Shown here one piece after another: positions 43,641 to 60,434 of a stretch of 64,000 nucleotides of DNA. Made by a program: the position numbers and the translations under genes. How positions within the stretch are numbered: position 1 is the stretch's first letter; every line of letters starts with the position of its first letter. Source of the DNA: Octopus vulgaris (taxonomy: Eukaryota); NCBI GenBank assembly GCA_951406725.2, contig OX597838.1, forward strand, positions 39,308,001 to 39,372,000, read 5' to 3'. Under the pieces are notes generated by a model that was not told the DNA's origin, searched no databases, and saw only the letters and a list, made by a program, of their open reading frames with translations.

Positions 43641-44709
43641 TGCAGAAGTTCATTGGGAGCATGAAATCGCATGTCTGAAGTAATTCAGAAAAGTGGTGGT
43701 CAAGCACATTATTTTTGAGGCACTGTAAGAGAATATCATTGAAATATATCATAATTTCCCAGTTTTGCATCATTTTTGCAACATTATCTAATCAGACATT
43801 ATAGTTTTGAAAGGGGCAGGTTCTGGAACTGTATGATTTTTCTTAATTATTATCCAATTTATTTTTGGATTTCAATAAATTTGAATATTGCAATGCCTTC
43901 TTTAATTCCATTTCCTAACTAGAGGTGAGTGTCATGATTTTGGGGAGTATAGTACGCCAGAAAAAAAATAGTGCCCTTGCTTAATAGTTTTGAAGAGTAA
44001 TTTATGTGTATGTACATTTTTATAAACACACGAAATTATTTTGACAAAAAAATTAAATTTAAATGTTGAAGTGAAGCTAACGGTTTTTGTGTGTTCTTAA
44101 ATGTCTTATAAACTTCTTCCAGGCTGCAATTGTCTTTGTTTCAGTACACGACCTCAGATCAAGTCACTTGCTATGCAAGTACATCTCCGTAAATTGTATG
44201 TATATACATACATACATACATATATACATTGATGTATACATACATACATATATACATATATATATATAAACACACACACACTTGTGTGAATGGATGGATG
44301 TATAAGAGCGTATATATGTACGTTTTGCATGCTGTGATTCTGTTGAGTGCGGGTCTCTCATCTGTAAATCTCTTATATTCTGAGCCTTACACAATTCTGT
44401 GCAGTAAATACAAGGGACGGAGCAGCAGAAGCGACCTCTGAATTACTGAAAATCTAAATCTCCTAACATCATCAGTGAATGTTTTAAATATTAGTGACAA
44501 AACTTAATCCCCTCGCAAAGCAACAATTCATACTTCGAAATTTCAAGCATGACTCCATCCCACTTTGCCATCCCTCCAATCTGGATAAGTTTTTATCTGG
44601 AATTTATAAAACCATTGACCAATGAATCTAGCTTGGCGTCAAAATAATTGTAATTCCACAAGTATATGCATATATCCAAATACGAACAAAACGTATAAAG
44701 CATACATAC

Positions 44710-44811
<102 letters not shown>

Positions 44812-45009
44812 AATAGATGAGTGTATTTTTACCTTGTTAACGATTAACACGGAAAAAATAAATAAATAGTTACCAGGGCAGCAAAAATCTCACAAGTAAG
44901 TGTGTTGTAACTTCTTGTTTATAAAGGTAGAAACTTCGTGTTTACGTTGAATATTTTGAATAATATGAATAAAAAAATGGAGTTAACGCAGGTGTAATCA
45001 AACATTTTT

Positions 45010-45096
45010 ACTTTCGACACATGTTTCGAAAATTCCACTGATACTATTCAAAAGAATAAATGGTATAAACAATGCAATCTTCTCCTCAGGAAAGTG
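45010..45096 (-). ncRNA. Type I hammerhead ribozyme in PLE pLTR
   Basis: ACUUUC-CUGAGGA-GAAGAUU..AAUUUUC-GAAAC-AUGU-GUC-GAAAGU. Confidence 0.75.
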
Positions 45097-45780
45097 AAAA
45101 AAACGAAACTCGTCAATAAGACATTTTAGCAAAAAATGATGGATTTGTATAGCGATAGACAGAACGCTATTAATTTTGTTTAAAAAAACGTTATATGATA
45201 TAACGTCATAAGTAGCTAACAGAAAGAGTAGGGATATTAATAGTGAATGTTAAATATAAAGGAAATTAAAGTTTAAATTATATATAATGATAGAGACTAC
45301 TTATATGCACTAAATGTATGTTTCTGCCAATGCTTACATCTGTATGCTCGCTCTATAAACGTGTTTACTACTCTTTTACTCTTTTACTCTTTTACCTGTT
45401 TCAGTCATTTGACTGCGGCCATGCTGGAGCACCGCCTTTAGTCGAGCAAATCGACCCCGGGACTTATTCTTTGTAAGCCCAGTACTTATTCTATCGATTT
45501 CTTTTGCCGAACCGCTAAGTGACGGGGACGTAAACACACCAGCATCGGTTGTCAAGCAATGCTAGGGGGACAAACACAGACACACAATCACACACACACA
45601 CACACATATATATATACATATATACGACAGGCTTCTTTCAGTTTCCGTCTACCAAATCCACTCACAAGGCATTGGTCAGCCCGCGGCTATAGCAGAAGAC
45701 ACTTGCCCAAGATGCCACGCAGTGGGACTGAACCCGGAACCATGTGGCTGGTTAGCAAGCTACTTACCACACAGCCACTC

Positions 45781-48027
45781 CTAGAGTATTTTTAGAAAAA
45801 ATAGCTCAGAATTGCAGAGAAGACAGAATTTCTTGCCTTTGTCATATGGTATCGAAATTGAGAGAATCAACCATTCTAAATGAAATTGTTCATTGTCGTC
45901 TTTTAAATCCCAAATCAGTTTGATGAGACTGGTACTATTCCGTTTATTTCTATCCCTAAATGTTGAGTAATTGATAGAAATTCTTTTAGATAACTCTAAC
46001 GATGTGCTTCCAATGTAAAATCGTACTTTATTACGAGTACTGATTAACAACTGGTATATATAATTTTTAACCTTAGAGTTACTTGACATAAATTTAATTC
46101 TATTGGAATTGACCTCAGATACAATGACCTTGTTATTAATATTTCTAGAGGGTTGGATAGTATTAGCTAAATTAATGTTAGTATTAGTAAATGTATTAAT
46201 ATTTAACAGTTTGTTATTATGAGAAGAGATAATTTGCAAGAGATTTTTTGTGTTTGAAAAACCTATCCTGACCTTATGTGAATTGATTATAGAGTAATAT
46301 CTAGAATTGTTTGGAAAATTCCTAGCAATGGCTTGACGAAACAGCAGTGGGAGATTAGATTTAATTTGTCTCCCGTAAGGAAATATTAACCAAATACTTT
46401 TACTAGTATTCATAGCGTAATTACTTTTGAAGATGTTATATTTACTTTTAGATCGATAATAGGGGATTAAATAAGGGTTATCTGCCTTCATTCGCTTTGT
46501 ATCGGTGCGTAAGTTATGTTTGTTATCAATAGTTCTTTTACGACTAGAAATCTTATCTACATTATTGAATTTACAATTAGACTGAGCAGAATCTATGTAG
46601 AAAATTTTCTCTGTATAACCTGCTTTGATTAAGGCAGAGTTATAGAATTCAGCGTTATTATTGAAAATATCAACATTAGCAGATAATTTAGATAATCTAA
46701 ATGAACTATTCTTAACTAAGTTCTTAGTAATCGCTCCAGGATGATTACTAAATTTGCTAATGTACTTAAGATTGGTCAACGGTTTACGATATGGGAGGTA
46801 AGAGTCACTGTGTAAATTAAGCGTAATATATAAAAAGTTGGCCTTCGTCATATCGTCATCAAAAACGATTTTTAAGCCCATTCTACTGAAAAAATTAACT
46901 AAACTATTCTTAACTTTTTGTACCTTTTGGTTGGAAACATTTTGTAGGTAAAGTAAACAATCATCACGATATAGACCTTCATAAATGTTAGGGAACTCTT
47001 CAGCCATTTCAAAAAGAATATATATACAGACCAAATCAGCTATCTGTGCTGAATCAGAACTTTCCATTGGTATATCGAAACTATCTGGTGTGTCTTTACG
47101 GACCCACAACTTATCATCAAATTTAATAATAGATCTTCTGGCTGCCAGCACAACATTAATTTCTTCTCGGGTGAGACCAGCTTTGTTATGAGCAAGCCAA
47201 AGTGCCTTATTAAGTACTATTGGATTGATAGATGAATAAAAATTGGAAATATCAAACTGGATAAACTTAGTACTCACCTTATTGTTAATAGAACTAAACC
47301 AGTCAACTAATTCAAACGAATTAGTCCATAAACTAAGTTTTAATGTTTTGATTAAATTAGGAATATATATATCTAGTATATTTTTACTAAGGATACCGAT
47401 GTCAGAGCTAGAAGGGCATATAAGCCTTAATGATGGGTTAGTAAAAAAAATTGGTTTGTGATCCTTCAAAATGAACCGAGGTTGCTTAGGAACAAGTGGT
47501 TCTGTCTTCATTTGTAGGTTATATTTCTCCATCATTTTCATAGCCTCAATGTTGGCTTTCTTAAGTATTCTTTTATCAGCAATTTTATACTTTTTCTGAA
47601 TTTCTTTTTTAAGTAATTCCAAATAATAGTCTTTATAAAATTTGTACAGCTTTCCAGTCTTATCAGATTGAACCAACATAGTATCCATAGAATTGATTTC
47701 TTTGGTGATGTTGCGAAGATACCTCAGATGTTTATTTCTTAGTGGTAATCGTTGAAATTTTATATTTCTCACAATGGACCAGAGATCATCTTCAAATTGC
47801 TTCAATCTTGGGTTAGGCGGCGGACTATTTTTAGATTTAAATAACTTGTTGAACTCAGATGTTTTATCATTAGTGTGTTGTTGAGTGTCATTTTTGTCAA
47901 AGAAAAAGGTAAGCCATCTTATTCGGTTGATGAATGAATTTATCTTATTGACAAGTTGTTTAAGGAAAACATTCTTAGGTGGAATAGGAATGTCCTTAAG
48001 AGATGCGTTAATATTCAATAACTCCAT
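45781..48027 (-). CDS. PLE reverse transcriptase / GIY-YIG endonuclease (C-terminus cut by SINE)
   Basis: QFDISNFYSSI, LYRDDCL, YIYQL..FYIGST, CLLCNSE. Confidence 0.85.
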   Translation of the reverse strand: MELLNINASLKDIPIPPKNVFLKQLVNKINSFINRIRWLTFFFDKNDTQQHTNDKTSEFNKLFKSKNSPPPNPRLKQFEDDLWSIVRNIKFQRLPLRNKHLRYLRNITKEINSMDTMLVQSDKTGKLYKFYKDYYLELLKKEIQKKYKIADKRILKKANIEAMKMMEKYNLQMKTEPLVPKQPRFILKDHKPIFFTNPSLRLICPSSSDIGILSKNILDIYIPNLIKTLKLSLWTNSFELVDWFSSINNKVSTKFIQFDISNFYSSINPIVLNKALWLAHNKAGLTREEINVVLAARRSIIKFDDKLWVRKDTPDSFDIPMESSDSAQIADLVCIYILFEMAEEFPNIYEGLYRDDCLLYLQNVSNQKVQKVKNSLVNFFSRMGLKIVFDDDMTKANFLYITLNLHSDSYLPYRKPLTNLKYISKFSNHPGAITKNLVKNSSFRLSKLSANVDIFNNNAEFYNSALIKAGYTEKIFYIDSAQSNCKFNNVDKISSRKRTIDNKHNLRTDTKRMKADNPYLIPYYRSKSKYNIFKSNYAMNTSKSIWLIFPYGRQIKSNLPLLFRQAIARNFPNNSRYYSIINSHKVRIGFSNTKNLLQIISSHNNKLLNINTFTNTNINLANTIQPSRNINNKVIVSEVNSNRIKFMSSNSKVKNYIYQLLISTRNKVRFYIGSTSLELSKRISINYSTFRDRNKRNSTSLIKLIWDLKDDNEQFHLEWLILSISIPYDKGKKFCLLCNSELFFLKIL

Positions 48028-48399
48028 ATGCTGTAACTATTCAGTTAGCAGGTTATAATAAACCTGATTAAAGCATTATAAATAGATGAGTGTATTTTTA
48101 CTTTGTTAACAATTAACACGGAAAAAAAAAATAAATAGTTACCAGGGCAGCAAAAATCTCACAAGTAAGGGTGTTGTAACTCCTTGTTTATAAAGGTAGA
48201 AACTTCGTGTTTACGTTGAATATTTTGAATAATATGAATAAAAAATGGAGTTAACGTATGTGATTCTATGTATTTCCCTAGCAGAGATGGTTCTAATGAC
48301 TAAATTTAAGTAAAATAAAATAGTATTAGTGGAATTTTCGAAACATGTGTCGAAAGTAAAAATAACTGATTACACCTGCGCTAACTCAATTTTTTAAAT

Positions 48400-49230
48400 T
48401 CAAAATTTGAGCTGATGCATTTTGGAAGAAATTCCTCACTAAAACAACCATACTCTCTTCCTTCACAACCTCTAACAATATCAGAGACCTGGGTGTAATT
48501 GTTGATGACGATCTCAGTTGGAGTGCACACATCAACAAGAAGGTCGATATAGCTCGTAGGATGAGTTCCTGGATCTTAAGAACTTTCCGGTCCAGAGAAC
48601 AAGGTGTCATCATACCACTTTTTTCCTCCTTTGTACGGCCACACCTTGAATACTGCTGCCCACTGTGGTCTCCTCACACAAGACAAAACATCTCCAGAAT
48701 TGAGTCACCCCAGAGGGCACTCACTAAACGAGTTGAAGGCATGGCTGCTCTCGATTATTGGGATCGCCTTAAAGCCTTGAAACTTTACTCCCTCCAGCGT
48801 CGCCGTGAGCGGTACATCATTTGTACGATGTGGAAAATATACCGCCAATTTTGCCCAAACGACCTAAACATTAGCTTCAAGGTTCATCCAAGACTTGGAC
48901 CACGGGCTATACGTCCCCTGCCCAATTCAAGATCACAACATACATGTACACTGCAACATAATTTCTTTTCCTCAACAGGCCCTGCCCTATTTAACATTGT
49001 CCCGAGGGAGATCAAAGAGGAAAAGGATCCCATCAACTTTAAACGGAGTCTGGATAGATTCCTTCAAAGAATACCAGATAAGCCACCCATAATTGGATAC
49101 AACTCACCCAACAAGAACTCACTACTTGAACAAAACTGGATACAACTCACCCAACAAGAACTCACTACTTGAACAAAACTTGACTTAAACAAAACTTGAC
49201 TTAAACAGGATTCGAATAATCCTATCAGGT
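48400..49230 (+). mobile_element. CR1/L2-like LINE 3' end
   Basis: VRPHLEYCCPLWSP, LKLYSLQRRRER; short tandem repeats in tail. Confidence 0.85.
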
Positions 49231-49964
49231 GGTGCTGAAGAAAGACATTAGGCAATTTCTCGCCTCCGATCTAGAAACATGTTCACCATTAACAGTAAGA
49301 GATTGTTTTCGTTTATTTACTCCTCCTGTTTTGCGTATGTGAATTGCAGGGTTATGTCGTATATGGAGCCCCCACTTGTAGAAAGTGGAAATAAACAGTC
49401 TGTGACTGCTATTTCTAATTCTTTCGCTATGCGGCAGACCAACCTGTTGCCTGCCCTTTTACTTATATACTATATATATATATATATATATATATATTCT
49501 TATATAAGCAGGAATTTAAAAATTTGATTAACCATGATAATTTGTTGATCTGTTGAGCTAGACTTCTATATCTGTATTAGTTTGTTTATAAAATGTACAA
49601 TAGTTCTTTTATAGCATCCAAACGATTGCAGGCATGTAAAGTAATATATTATACACTAAAATAAATCATTTCTACATGATGTTGACTGCGAGATGAATGT
49701 TATCCTAAGGATATCAAGTGGTGCGATAAATATATTCATCTCGTACCTCCTGACTTTCTTTAGAGTCTACATACTCTTCCTGAAATCATCCTCCTTCATT
49801 AGGTTGACTGCATTACAACTGCATAAGACTCTACATTACACTCCTACGTATTGGTTTCCTATGTAGTTTGTGGTCCGGTCCACTAAAGGGGATTTTTTTG
49901 TGATTACCACCGAATTATATACATGCGTATATTGTGAATTAAATATGTGTGTGTTTGGGAATGA

Positions 49965-50002
<38 letters not shown>

Positions 50003-50084
50003 GCGTGTGTGTGTGTATGTGTGTGTGTTTGTGTGAATATGTTTGTGTGTGTGTGCGTTTGTTTGTTTGTGTGTGTGTGTGTAA

Positions 50085-50495
50085 GTATAGTGCCTGTTTA
50101 CGCACTATGATTCTATGAGTATCACTAGCAGAGATATCGCTGCTGACTCCAGCAGTGGAGCTTCTATAATTAACAAAGTCAGTGAAGACCGAAATCCCGT
50201 TATCTGGAAGTTTCGGTGGTGGTGATGGCAGGTGAGTTATCTCCCCGCTCGCAATATAAAGAAGAGTGCTTTTATACACTAAAAGCCAATATCAGAGTTC
50301 TCTCATGGTAACTATCGCAGTAATTTTTGTTTTAACACAACATCCACTTTTAAATAAGGATCAATATTCCTTCTTTGCTATTCATACTGCTTCTGTCGCT
50401 AATAATGATCTTAAAAGCCTACTGGCTATTTCCGACACCAGTGCTTGTTTAGACACTGTGATTCTATGTATGTCCCTAGCAGAGATGGTTCTAAT
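50085..50495 (-). ncRNA. Candidate structured-RNA tandem repeat, subtype 2, inverted duplicate
   Basis: Reverse complement of 20905-21290; internal period about 351 nt (GATTCTATG near 50109 and 50460). Confidence 0.42.
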
Positions 50496-51351
50496 GACTA
50501 AATTTGAGTAAAATAAAACTATTATTCTTCAATCAGTGCTCAAATTATATATTTATTTAAAGCTTAAATCATATTTTAGTATAAATGTACCTTAAGCCCG
50601 TTACCTGACAGAATTGTCAGCACCGCCAGACATAATGTCTAGCAGTATTTCACAGCTCTTTATGTTCTCAGTTCAAATTCCACCGGGGTCAACTTAGCCT
50701 TTCATCTTTTCGAAGTCGATAAAATAAGTACCAGTTGGATGCTGGGGCTGGATGTAATCGACTGGCCCCCACCCACCAAAATAGCTGCTTTCGAATCAAA
50801 ATTTGAGACTTGTACAAATGTCTGGCTTGCGCCCTTATTTTCGACAACGGATACGTCTTCCATAAGGTAGAGGACCGGCAGAATTGATAAAGCATCGAGT
50901 TGAATGATTCACAAAATTCTTTTCAGCTCCCTCCACTTTCAGGTCAAATCCTGCCAAGCTCAACCATTCCCTTTTTATTATAATGGGGGTCGATAAATAA
51001 CATGCAAATTCAGTCATGGTGTGCATTTTCTCTCTTCCCTCTGCTTATTCTAGAGACGAAAATGGCTTAAACTGATGTTTAGAACTGAAAAGGGTTATCC
51101 TCTGCCAAATTTAAAACTTCTTGGACCCACATTTTGGATAGGCTGACATGAGCTACGCAACAATAATCACACAGAGAAGTGGTTCCTCTTTTTCGTAAGT
51201 TTGTTTTTAATTACAGTGCACTTTAGAAATAAATAAGAAATATTTCGACACACGCTGTAAATATAGCCAAAGGCAATGCAAAATAAGTAATTGTAAGTTT
51301 CGTGTTTGTATTAATATATATGAATTTTTCAGTTACTATACGTTGGTTTAC

Positions 51352-51390
<39 letters not shown>

Positions 51391-51594
51391 TAAATAGGTG
51401 AATGAATTATCCTATGTTTATCGTCAGCATGGAAAATTCGTTGAACCGATACCAGGGTAGCAAATTCACGTCAGAAACACGGTTGAAGCGACCTGTCCAA
51501 GGGTAGAAACTCCGGGTTCATGTGCAGAAATTTGTGTGTTGTATATGAATAAATGAAAGAATGGAGTCGAACGAAGATGTTAACAAAATTCCTT

Positions 51595-51678
51595 TACTCT
51601 CGACATATGTTTCGAAGACAACATGGTATCATTCCAAAGGAATAAAGGGTGCATTATGAAATCTTCTCATCAGGAAAG
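51595..51678 (-). ncRNA. Type I hammerhead ribozyme in a solo PLE pLTR (about 51380-51850)
   Basis: CUUUC-CUGAUGA-GAAGA..UCUUC-GAAAC-AUAU-GUC-GAGAG. Confidence 0.78.
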
Positions 51679-52164
51679 AAAGGGAGCTTCTCTCAACAAC
51701 AAGACAAACAAAAATTTCGATGACTGCCTACATGGTAAACAAAGCTTGTATGATGGGTTGGAATTAGCAAGATTAGTGTCGAGAGTAAAGGAATTTTGTT
51801 AACATCTTCGTTCGACTACATTCTTTCATTTATTCATATACAACACACAAATATATACATATATATATATATATATATATTGGAAGGTTTGGAGATGATG
51901 TACAGGTATTTTATATTAGAAGAAATGAGGTACTCAGAAATTCGGATGGTTTTATATTTACAGATATTTATTTGTATATTACATGTTTTTATACATCATA
52001 TAACTTAGATCATGTATTAGCGCTTTCTCCCATTCTAGTGGGGTTTTCAAATCGAACTAAGTTCCTGTGAAAAAAGTTTTGACCATTTTATAGTGTTATT
52101 GAGGGTGTAGTGGTGGGGAGGGATATAAGACAGTACAAAAGGGTGATGGATGGGGAGAAAGTGT

Positions 52165-52205
<41 letters not shown>

Positions 52206-52259
52206 AATGTGTGTGTGTTTTTGTATTTCTGTTAAAGAAAAAGAGGGGAACGGAGACAG

Positions 52260-52462
52260 AAAAAGAAGAAAAAAAGTGTTTTGCTGGACAGGATGTTTAC
52301 TCCAAGGAGGGGGGGTCTAAGATCTTGGAGAAAAAAGAACTTAATTTTTGACCATTTTATAGTGTTATTGAGTGTATGGTCAAAACTTAAATTCTTTTTT
52401 CCCCAAGATCTTAGTTCCTTGGAGTAAACATCCTGTCCAACAGAACAATTTTTTCTTCTTTT
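52260..52462. repeat. Imperfect inverted repeat / fold-back
   Basis: GGACAGGATGTTTACTCCAAGGA..CTAAGATCTTGG versus CCAAGATCTTAG..TCCTTGGAGTAAACATCCTGTCC. Confidence 0.75.
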
Positions 52463-52559
52463 TCTCTCTCCCTTCCCCAGCAGCTATGACGAACTTAGTA
52501 ACAATAGTCCTGTCATGTCACGTCTCGTGACCTATTTACACTTTGAGCATGATCCGGTA

Positions 52560-52612
<53 letters not shown>

Positions 52613-52884
52613 TTTGCTCTCATGTGTTTATTCCCGCCCTGCCTGAAGTTACCGTGGTCTTTTCCACAGGATAAACCTAATCTTGCTTCTTACATTAAAA
52701 AAAATTCTTCTGGGATACGATCCCTTTTGATCGCCTTTTGTTTTCTTTCCCCGACCTTTTTCATCGGAACTTTACTTTTTTTTTTTGTTTTTTTCCCTTT
52801 TTCATTTTCATTTGCGACAAGAAAAGTTCTACATTTGTATTTGTCCCCTCTGTATTCAGCACTGTGTGGCCAATAAAGAAAGTC

Positions 52885-52964
<80 letters not shown>

Positions 52965-53366
52965 GTCTATCTATCTATCTATCTATCTGTCTATCTATCT
53001 ATCTATCTATCTACCACTTACATAGAAAATAGATAGCAGCCAATTTTGTCAGTGTTGCTTTGAATTGAATTTATGGCATCATGCTTAAATAAACGCAGCA
53101 CTTCCATAATTTTTCCATACATCAGATGCAATGACATCAAATGATGGAAAGCAATGCTATGAATACACAGGTTCCTGAATATCCCTGCGTGAATGCTGAA
53201 TAATATTGAAGACAGTTGATGGATGGGTCTTCCCCTCTCTCTTTTCGCATTTTTCCTCTATGAAACATGAGTTACATTTATCTGTAAATTACATCAATTA
53301 ATATATGATAGTTTGACAGCTTGGCCGAGAAGTACCACCTTTGAATATATAACTGCGTAAACATGC

Positions 53367-53485
<119 letters not shown>

Positions 53486-53726
53486 ATGCATACACACAAA
53501 CATACATATTTATACACATACACACTTCCATATGGAAATATATATATATATATATATGCATATATATACGTACATATAAGTATATATATATGTATATATA
53601 TGAATATATATCTATATTTATCTATATATTTGGCTATAAATGTATATATGTATATGTATATACATATATATATGTAATTATATATGTGTGTGAGTCTTTA
53701 TGTATATGAATATGTATATGTATATG

Positions 53727-53811
<85 letters not shown>

Positions 53812-53975
53812 GGACAAACTCACACATATCTGTATATGACTGCATGATAGCGGGAGAGAGCTAAACGGAACCACTGACAGCCGACACCATCAATAGACTT
53901 GGAGAAAGGATAGCAACATCACGTCGTTAGCAACAGAAGACATTAGATCTAAGTGAAGAGAAAGAAATACGAAGT

Positions 53976-54081
53976 ATGTTGAAGCTTTTCTCAATTATTT
54001 TACTGCAATGGGCATTAACCTCTCAAGGATTTTATTTTCGGACTGAACTCGATTGGGAAGCAGAGCAAAAGCCCCAAAAAG
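53976..54081 (+). CDS. STC: STC-like copy C exon 1 (downstream exons not found in window)
   Basis: [35 protein letters not shown] + G|GTTAGT; inverted copy of the B exon 1 region. Confidence 0.75.
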
Positions 54082-54103
54082 GTTAGTGTATTGCAGTATG
54101 ACC

Positions 54104-54197
<94 letters not shown>

Positions 54198-54198
54198 T

Positions 54199-56312
<2,114 letters not shown>

Positions 56313-56688
56313 TATATATATATATATGCATATATATAAATTTATATAAATAAGGATAAGATCGTTATTTAAATATCGATCTATCAAGTGGCCAGCATGG
56401 GAATAAAAACCTTCAAAGGTAATAATTATTATTAAAATTATAATTTAGGGCATGTAAGAGATACCACCACGTTGGAAATAGCAGCCAAAACTTGACTCTA
56501 AAGCCATATTAAATGTTCATACAGCATCAGACGAGAAGGCAAAAAGACAAAAATAAACTAGCAAAAAATTTATTTATTTTGTCTTTTTGTTTTCTCTCCT
56601 GGTGCTGTATGAATATTTAATGTGGTTTTAGAATGAAGTTTTAGCTGTTGTTTCCAATGTCATGGTATCTCTTAGATACCCTAAATTA

Positions 56689-56756
<68 letters not shown>

Positions 56757-56991
56757 CAGACACGCACACATACACCCACACACATACATACATGCATATA
56801 TATATATATATAGCTGAAATTTACGGAAAACAACACACAAAGACAGGCGTATTAACAACAATCAAGTGTATTAGTTTGATGCTCGGGAAATTGAGAAAGT
56901 CTTTTACGTTTCGTGCCTACGCTCCTCAACGAAAACGAACACGAAGAAATAAACAGAGAAAATAAAATGAAAGAAAATAAAAAATGAGAGA

Positions 56992-57029
<38 letters not shown>

Positions 57030-57166
57030 GCAAGTACGTACGTATGTATGTATGTATGCATGTACGATAGATACATTTTACGTAGTTATACACTCAAAGC
57101 GGTACTTCTCGGCCAAGCCGTCAGACTATAATGTATAAATTGATATAATATACATATATACATACA

Positions 57167-57204
<38 letters not shown>

Positions 57205-57210
<6 letters not shown>

Positions 57211-60152
57211 TAAAAACGGTAAGATAACAAAAGAAAGCGACCTCAATATTATGTAAATAGAGGAAATTTATCTATAAATTAATATGTTACATTTACTCAA
57301 TAGTCAAGATAAAACTCTGAGTTTCAGATGCCGAAGTGGAAATCCACAACACAATCTCTTCGGTTATCTGGCCATCTGAAAAACGCTATGAAAAAATACC
57401 GTTATATAAAGGGAAATTACTGTATTATAATTCTGCTCACGAACCCACGTGCGTACTTATACGTCACTATGAAAACGTACACATCTTCACTCGCATTTTT
57501 CGCCAAATATATACGCATATATATACAAACTCATACACAAACACATGCACACCGTAAAAGTTCATACATACGTCTATATACGCACAGGCACAAGAAAAAC
57601 AATGGTTAAAGATGACAGAAAAAAACATAAGGAAGTATACAAAGCATAAAAACCACGTTCATATACGGACATGCCCCTATGCACTCATACACACACACGC
57701 CCATATATGTACATACCCGCACATATTTATATACGCATACATACACACGCATATAAAAAAAATGAATATAGATATGTCCCCCCCACAAAAAAAAATGGAA
57801 AAATACTATGTATAAACGTCTATATATATATGTGCATTCTTATGCCCGCACACACGCACACATCTAAACCTGCCCACTCATACATATTCACACACGTGTA
57901 CAAATGAATCTATATACATGTCTATATAGGCACAGGAAAAATGCAGGATAGAAAAGTATAGAAAAAATTATGTGTGAAAATATAAAAATATATGAAATAA
58001 TAAAAGGTATAATGAGATAAAAAAACTTTTTGGGACATAATATAGAAAGCAAGTTCTATCTGTTTTCTTTAGGGGACCAAAAACGTAACAAAAATTTAGT
58101 CACATGTGGGCATAATCCGAAAAGTTCTGTCCTTGAGTTTAGACATGTAGTAGGGTCTAAGCTGCTTTTCCAGATAAGCCATCTCTCCATGTCGCATAGA
58201 CCGCACCTTCCGCTGCCGTTGGTGTAGGGCTTACATTTGGCCAAAATCTTCCAATGGATGTTATAATCGACACCTTTATATTTTAAAGACCAAATATGAT
58301 TAGATAATTTTGTCGCTTTTCTTTTGTTCCAGTGCCTAAAACTCAAGGTGTGGTTATTGAACCTGGCCTTGAAATTACCCTCTGTAAGGCCCACGTATTT
58401 CTTCGTCGAAACGGTGTCTTTAGTGGTTATAGAGTCCACGGTAGCTTCATAGATGATGGTCTCGGACATGCAAGCTCCATTTAGCGGGCACAATTTTTTA
58501 TTCCTGCATGAACAGCTGTTTTCTTGTGGTTTTTGAGTGTTATGTGTGATTATATTTTAAAATTGGTAGTAGAACTAAAACTAATTTTTAAATTGTGTTT
58601 ATTGAAGAGTTTCCTATAAGTATGGTTAACTGGAAAATGTCTATCTATCAGTGTTAAGAAATATTTACCTATATTGAAGGTCACCTCGGGTGAGTAAGGG
58701 GGTGTAAACCAGATGATCTTCCTATTTCTATTTTTCCTCTTCTTTACTGTTGGGCTAGTAACAGGTACATATTTTATTTTTTCGCTCAAACCACTATCTT
58801 TTAAAGCCTTATTATAAACTGGGACAACGCTATTAAAAATGTCCTTATCGGAGGAGAGGCTAGAAATTCTCTTATTAATATTTTAAACTAAATTTTTGAA
58901 TACTATAGGGGGATGGCATGAACCTACATTAATATAACTAAGTCTATCATTGGGCTTCCTATAAGGCTTATAAATATTCTTATTTAGATCTAAGGAAACG
59001 TCTAGGAAATTGACAACCGTCAGGTTAGTATCTATAGTTATACTAAGTCCGAAGTATTTCATTAATTGGATAATATCCTCCCTAAAACGATCCTGTGCTG
59101 GTCCATTTGTATTAGCGGTTAAAGCGAGGGCATCATCTTTGCAGATGGGGAAATATACGTCAGGAAATGTCTTACCTAAAGTATCTAGGTGAAAAAATCC
59201 AATAAGATCGCAAATGCCTGCTCCATCATATGACTCCATGCTCACATCGAAAGCACCCTCTGTGTCGGTATTTTTGACCCACTTTGCGTTCTCACTGAAA
59301 AGTAAGGTCTTTCTAGCATGGAAGATTATGTCCTTATCATTTGTACTGATTTCTATGAAATCACTAGCGAAGAAGAGGGCTTTATCTAGCAGTTCTTTAG
59401 AGATAGAGGCATAAAAATCAACAATATCGAATTGTGTAAACCTCGATTTTTTCTTATTCTTAATGGCTTTAAACCAGTCTACGACTTCTATACTATTGGA
59501 CCATTGTACCAGCCTAGTAGCGGTCTTAATTTTCGCATTTATTTTATCTAAAATTTCTTTACTAATAATCCCAAGTTCTGACTTAGCTGGGTTGATAAGC
59601 CTACATTTAGGGTTGGAAAGGAAGTTCTCTTTGTGGTCTTTAATTGTATTAAAGGCCTCTTTTTGGGGAAGGACTTCTATTTTTTTTATCTAATTTAAGT
59701 TTAGCGGCGATAATGCTAGCTTCTTTATTAATTTCATTATATGTCTGTGGCCTAGCCTTAGTGTAATTATTAATGATGCTGTTGTGTAAGAGTTGTGTAT
59801 ATATGCTGTTATGTATCAGGTATAAGTTCTTGGTTTTATCCGAAAAAGTGCTTTTTTCTTGGAGCTTTTTATATGTTTTATATCTTTTTTTCAATTTATG
59901 TTGGAAATTGTTAAAAGACTTACGAAATTTTATTTTATTCATAATTTTCAGTAGGTCCGCTTCAAAATCTTCCAAGCCTTTAATCTTGGGAGGGATTTTT
60001 TTGATTTTATACGATAGAAAGTATTTTCCATGGTGTCCACTTCTGTATTAAAAAAGAAAGCTTTCCATCTCATGCGCATAATTAGATCAGTAATTTTGTC
60101 TAAAAGTTTCTTTGAATAAAGTTCCCTTGATGGGATTGGTATATTTTTCATA
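57205..60152 (-). mobile_element. Degenerate Penelope-like element
   Basis: MKNIPIP..RMRWKAFF, KDDAL, IIWFTPPYS, CPLNGAC..IIYEA..YVGLTE; hammerhead variant (CCGAAGA..GAAACUC-A-GAGUU) about 57305-57368. Confidence 0.9.
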
Positions 60153-60162
60153 GAATATACAT

Positions 60163-60213
<51 letters not shown>

Positions 60214-60327
60214 TATATATACATATGTGTATGTATAAATATATCTATATGTATGTATGTATATATATATGTGTTATTTATTATATAATAGATTATATAT
60301 ATATGTATACATACATACATGCATGCA

Positions 60328-60407
<80 letters not shown>

Positions 60408-60434
60408 AATATATATATATATTTTTTTTTTCTC

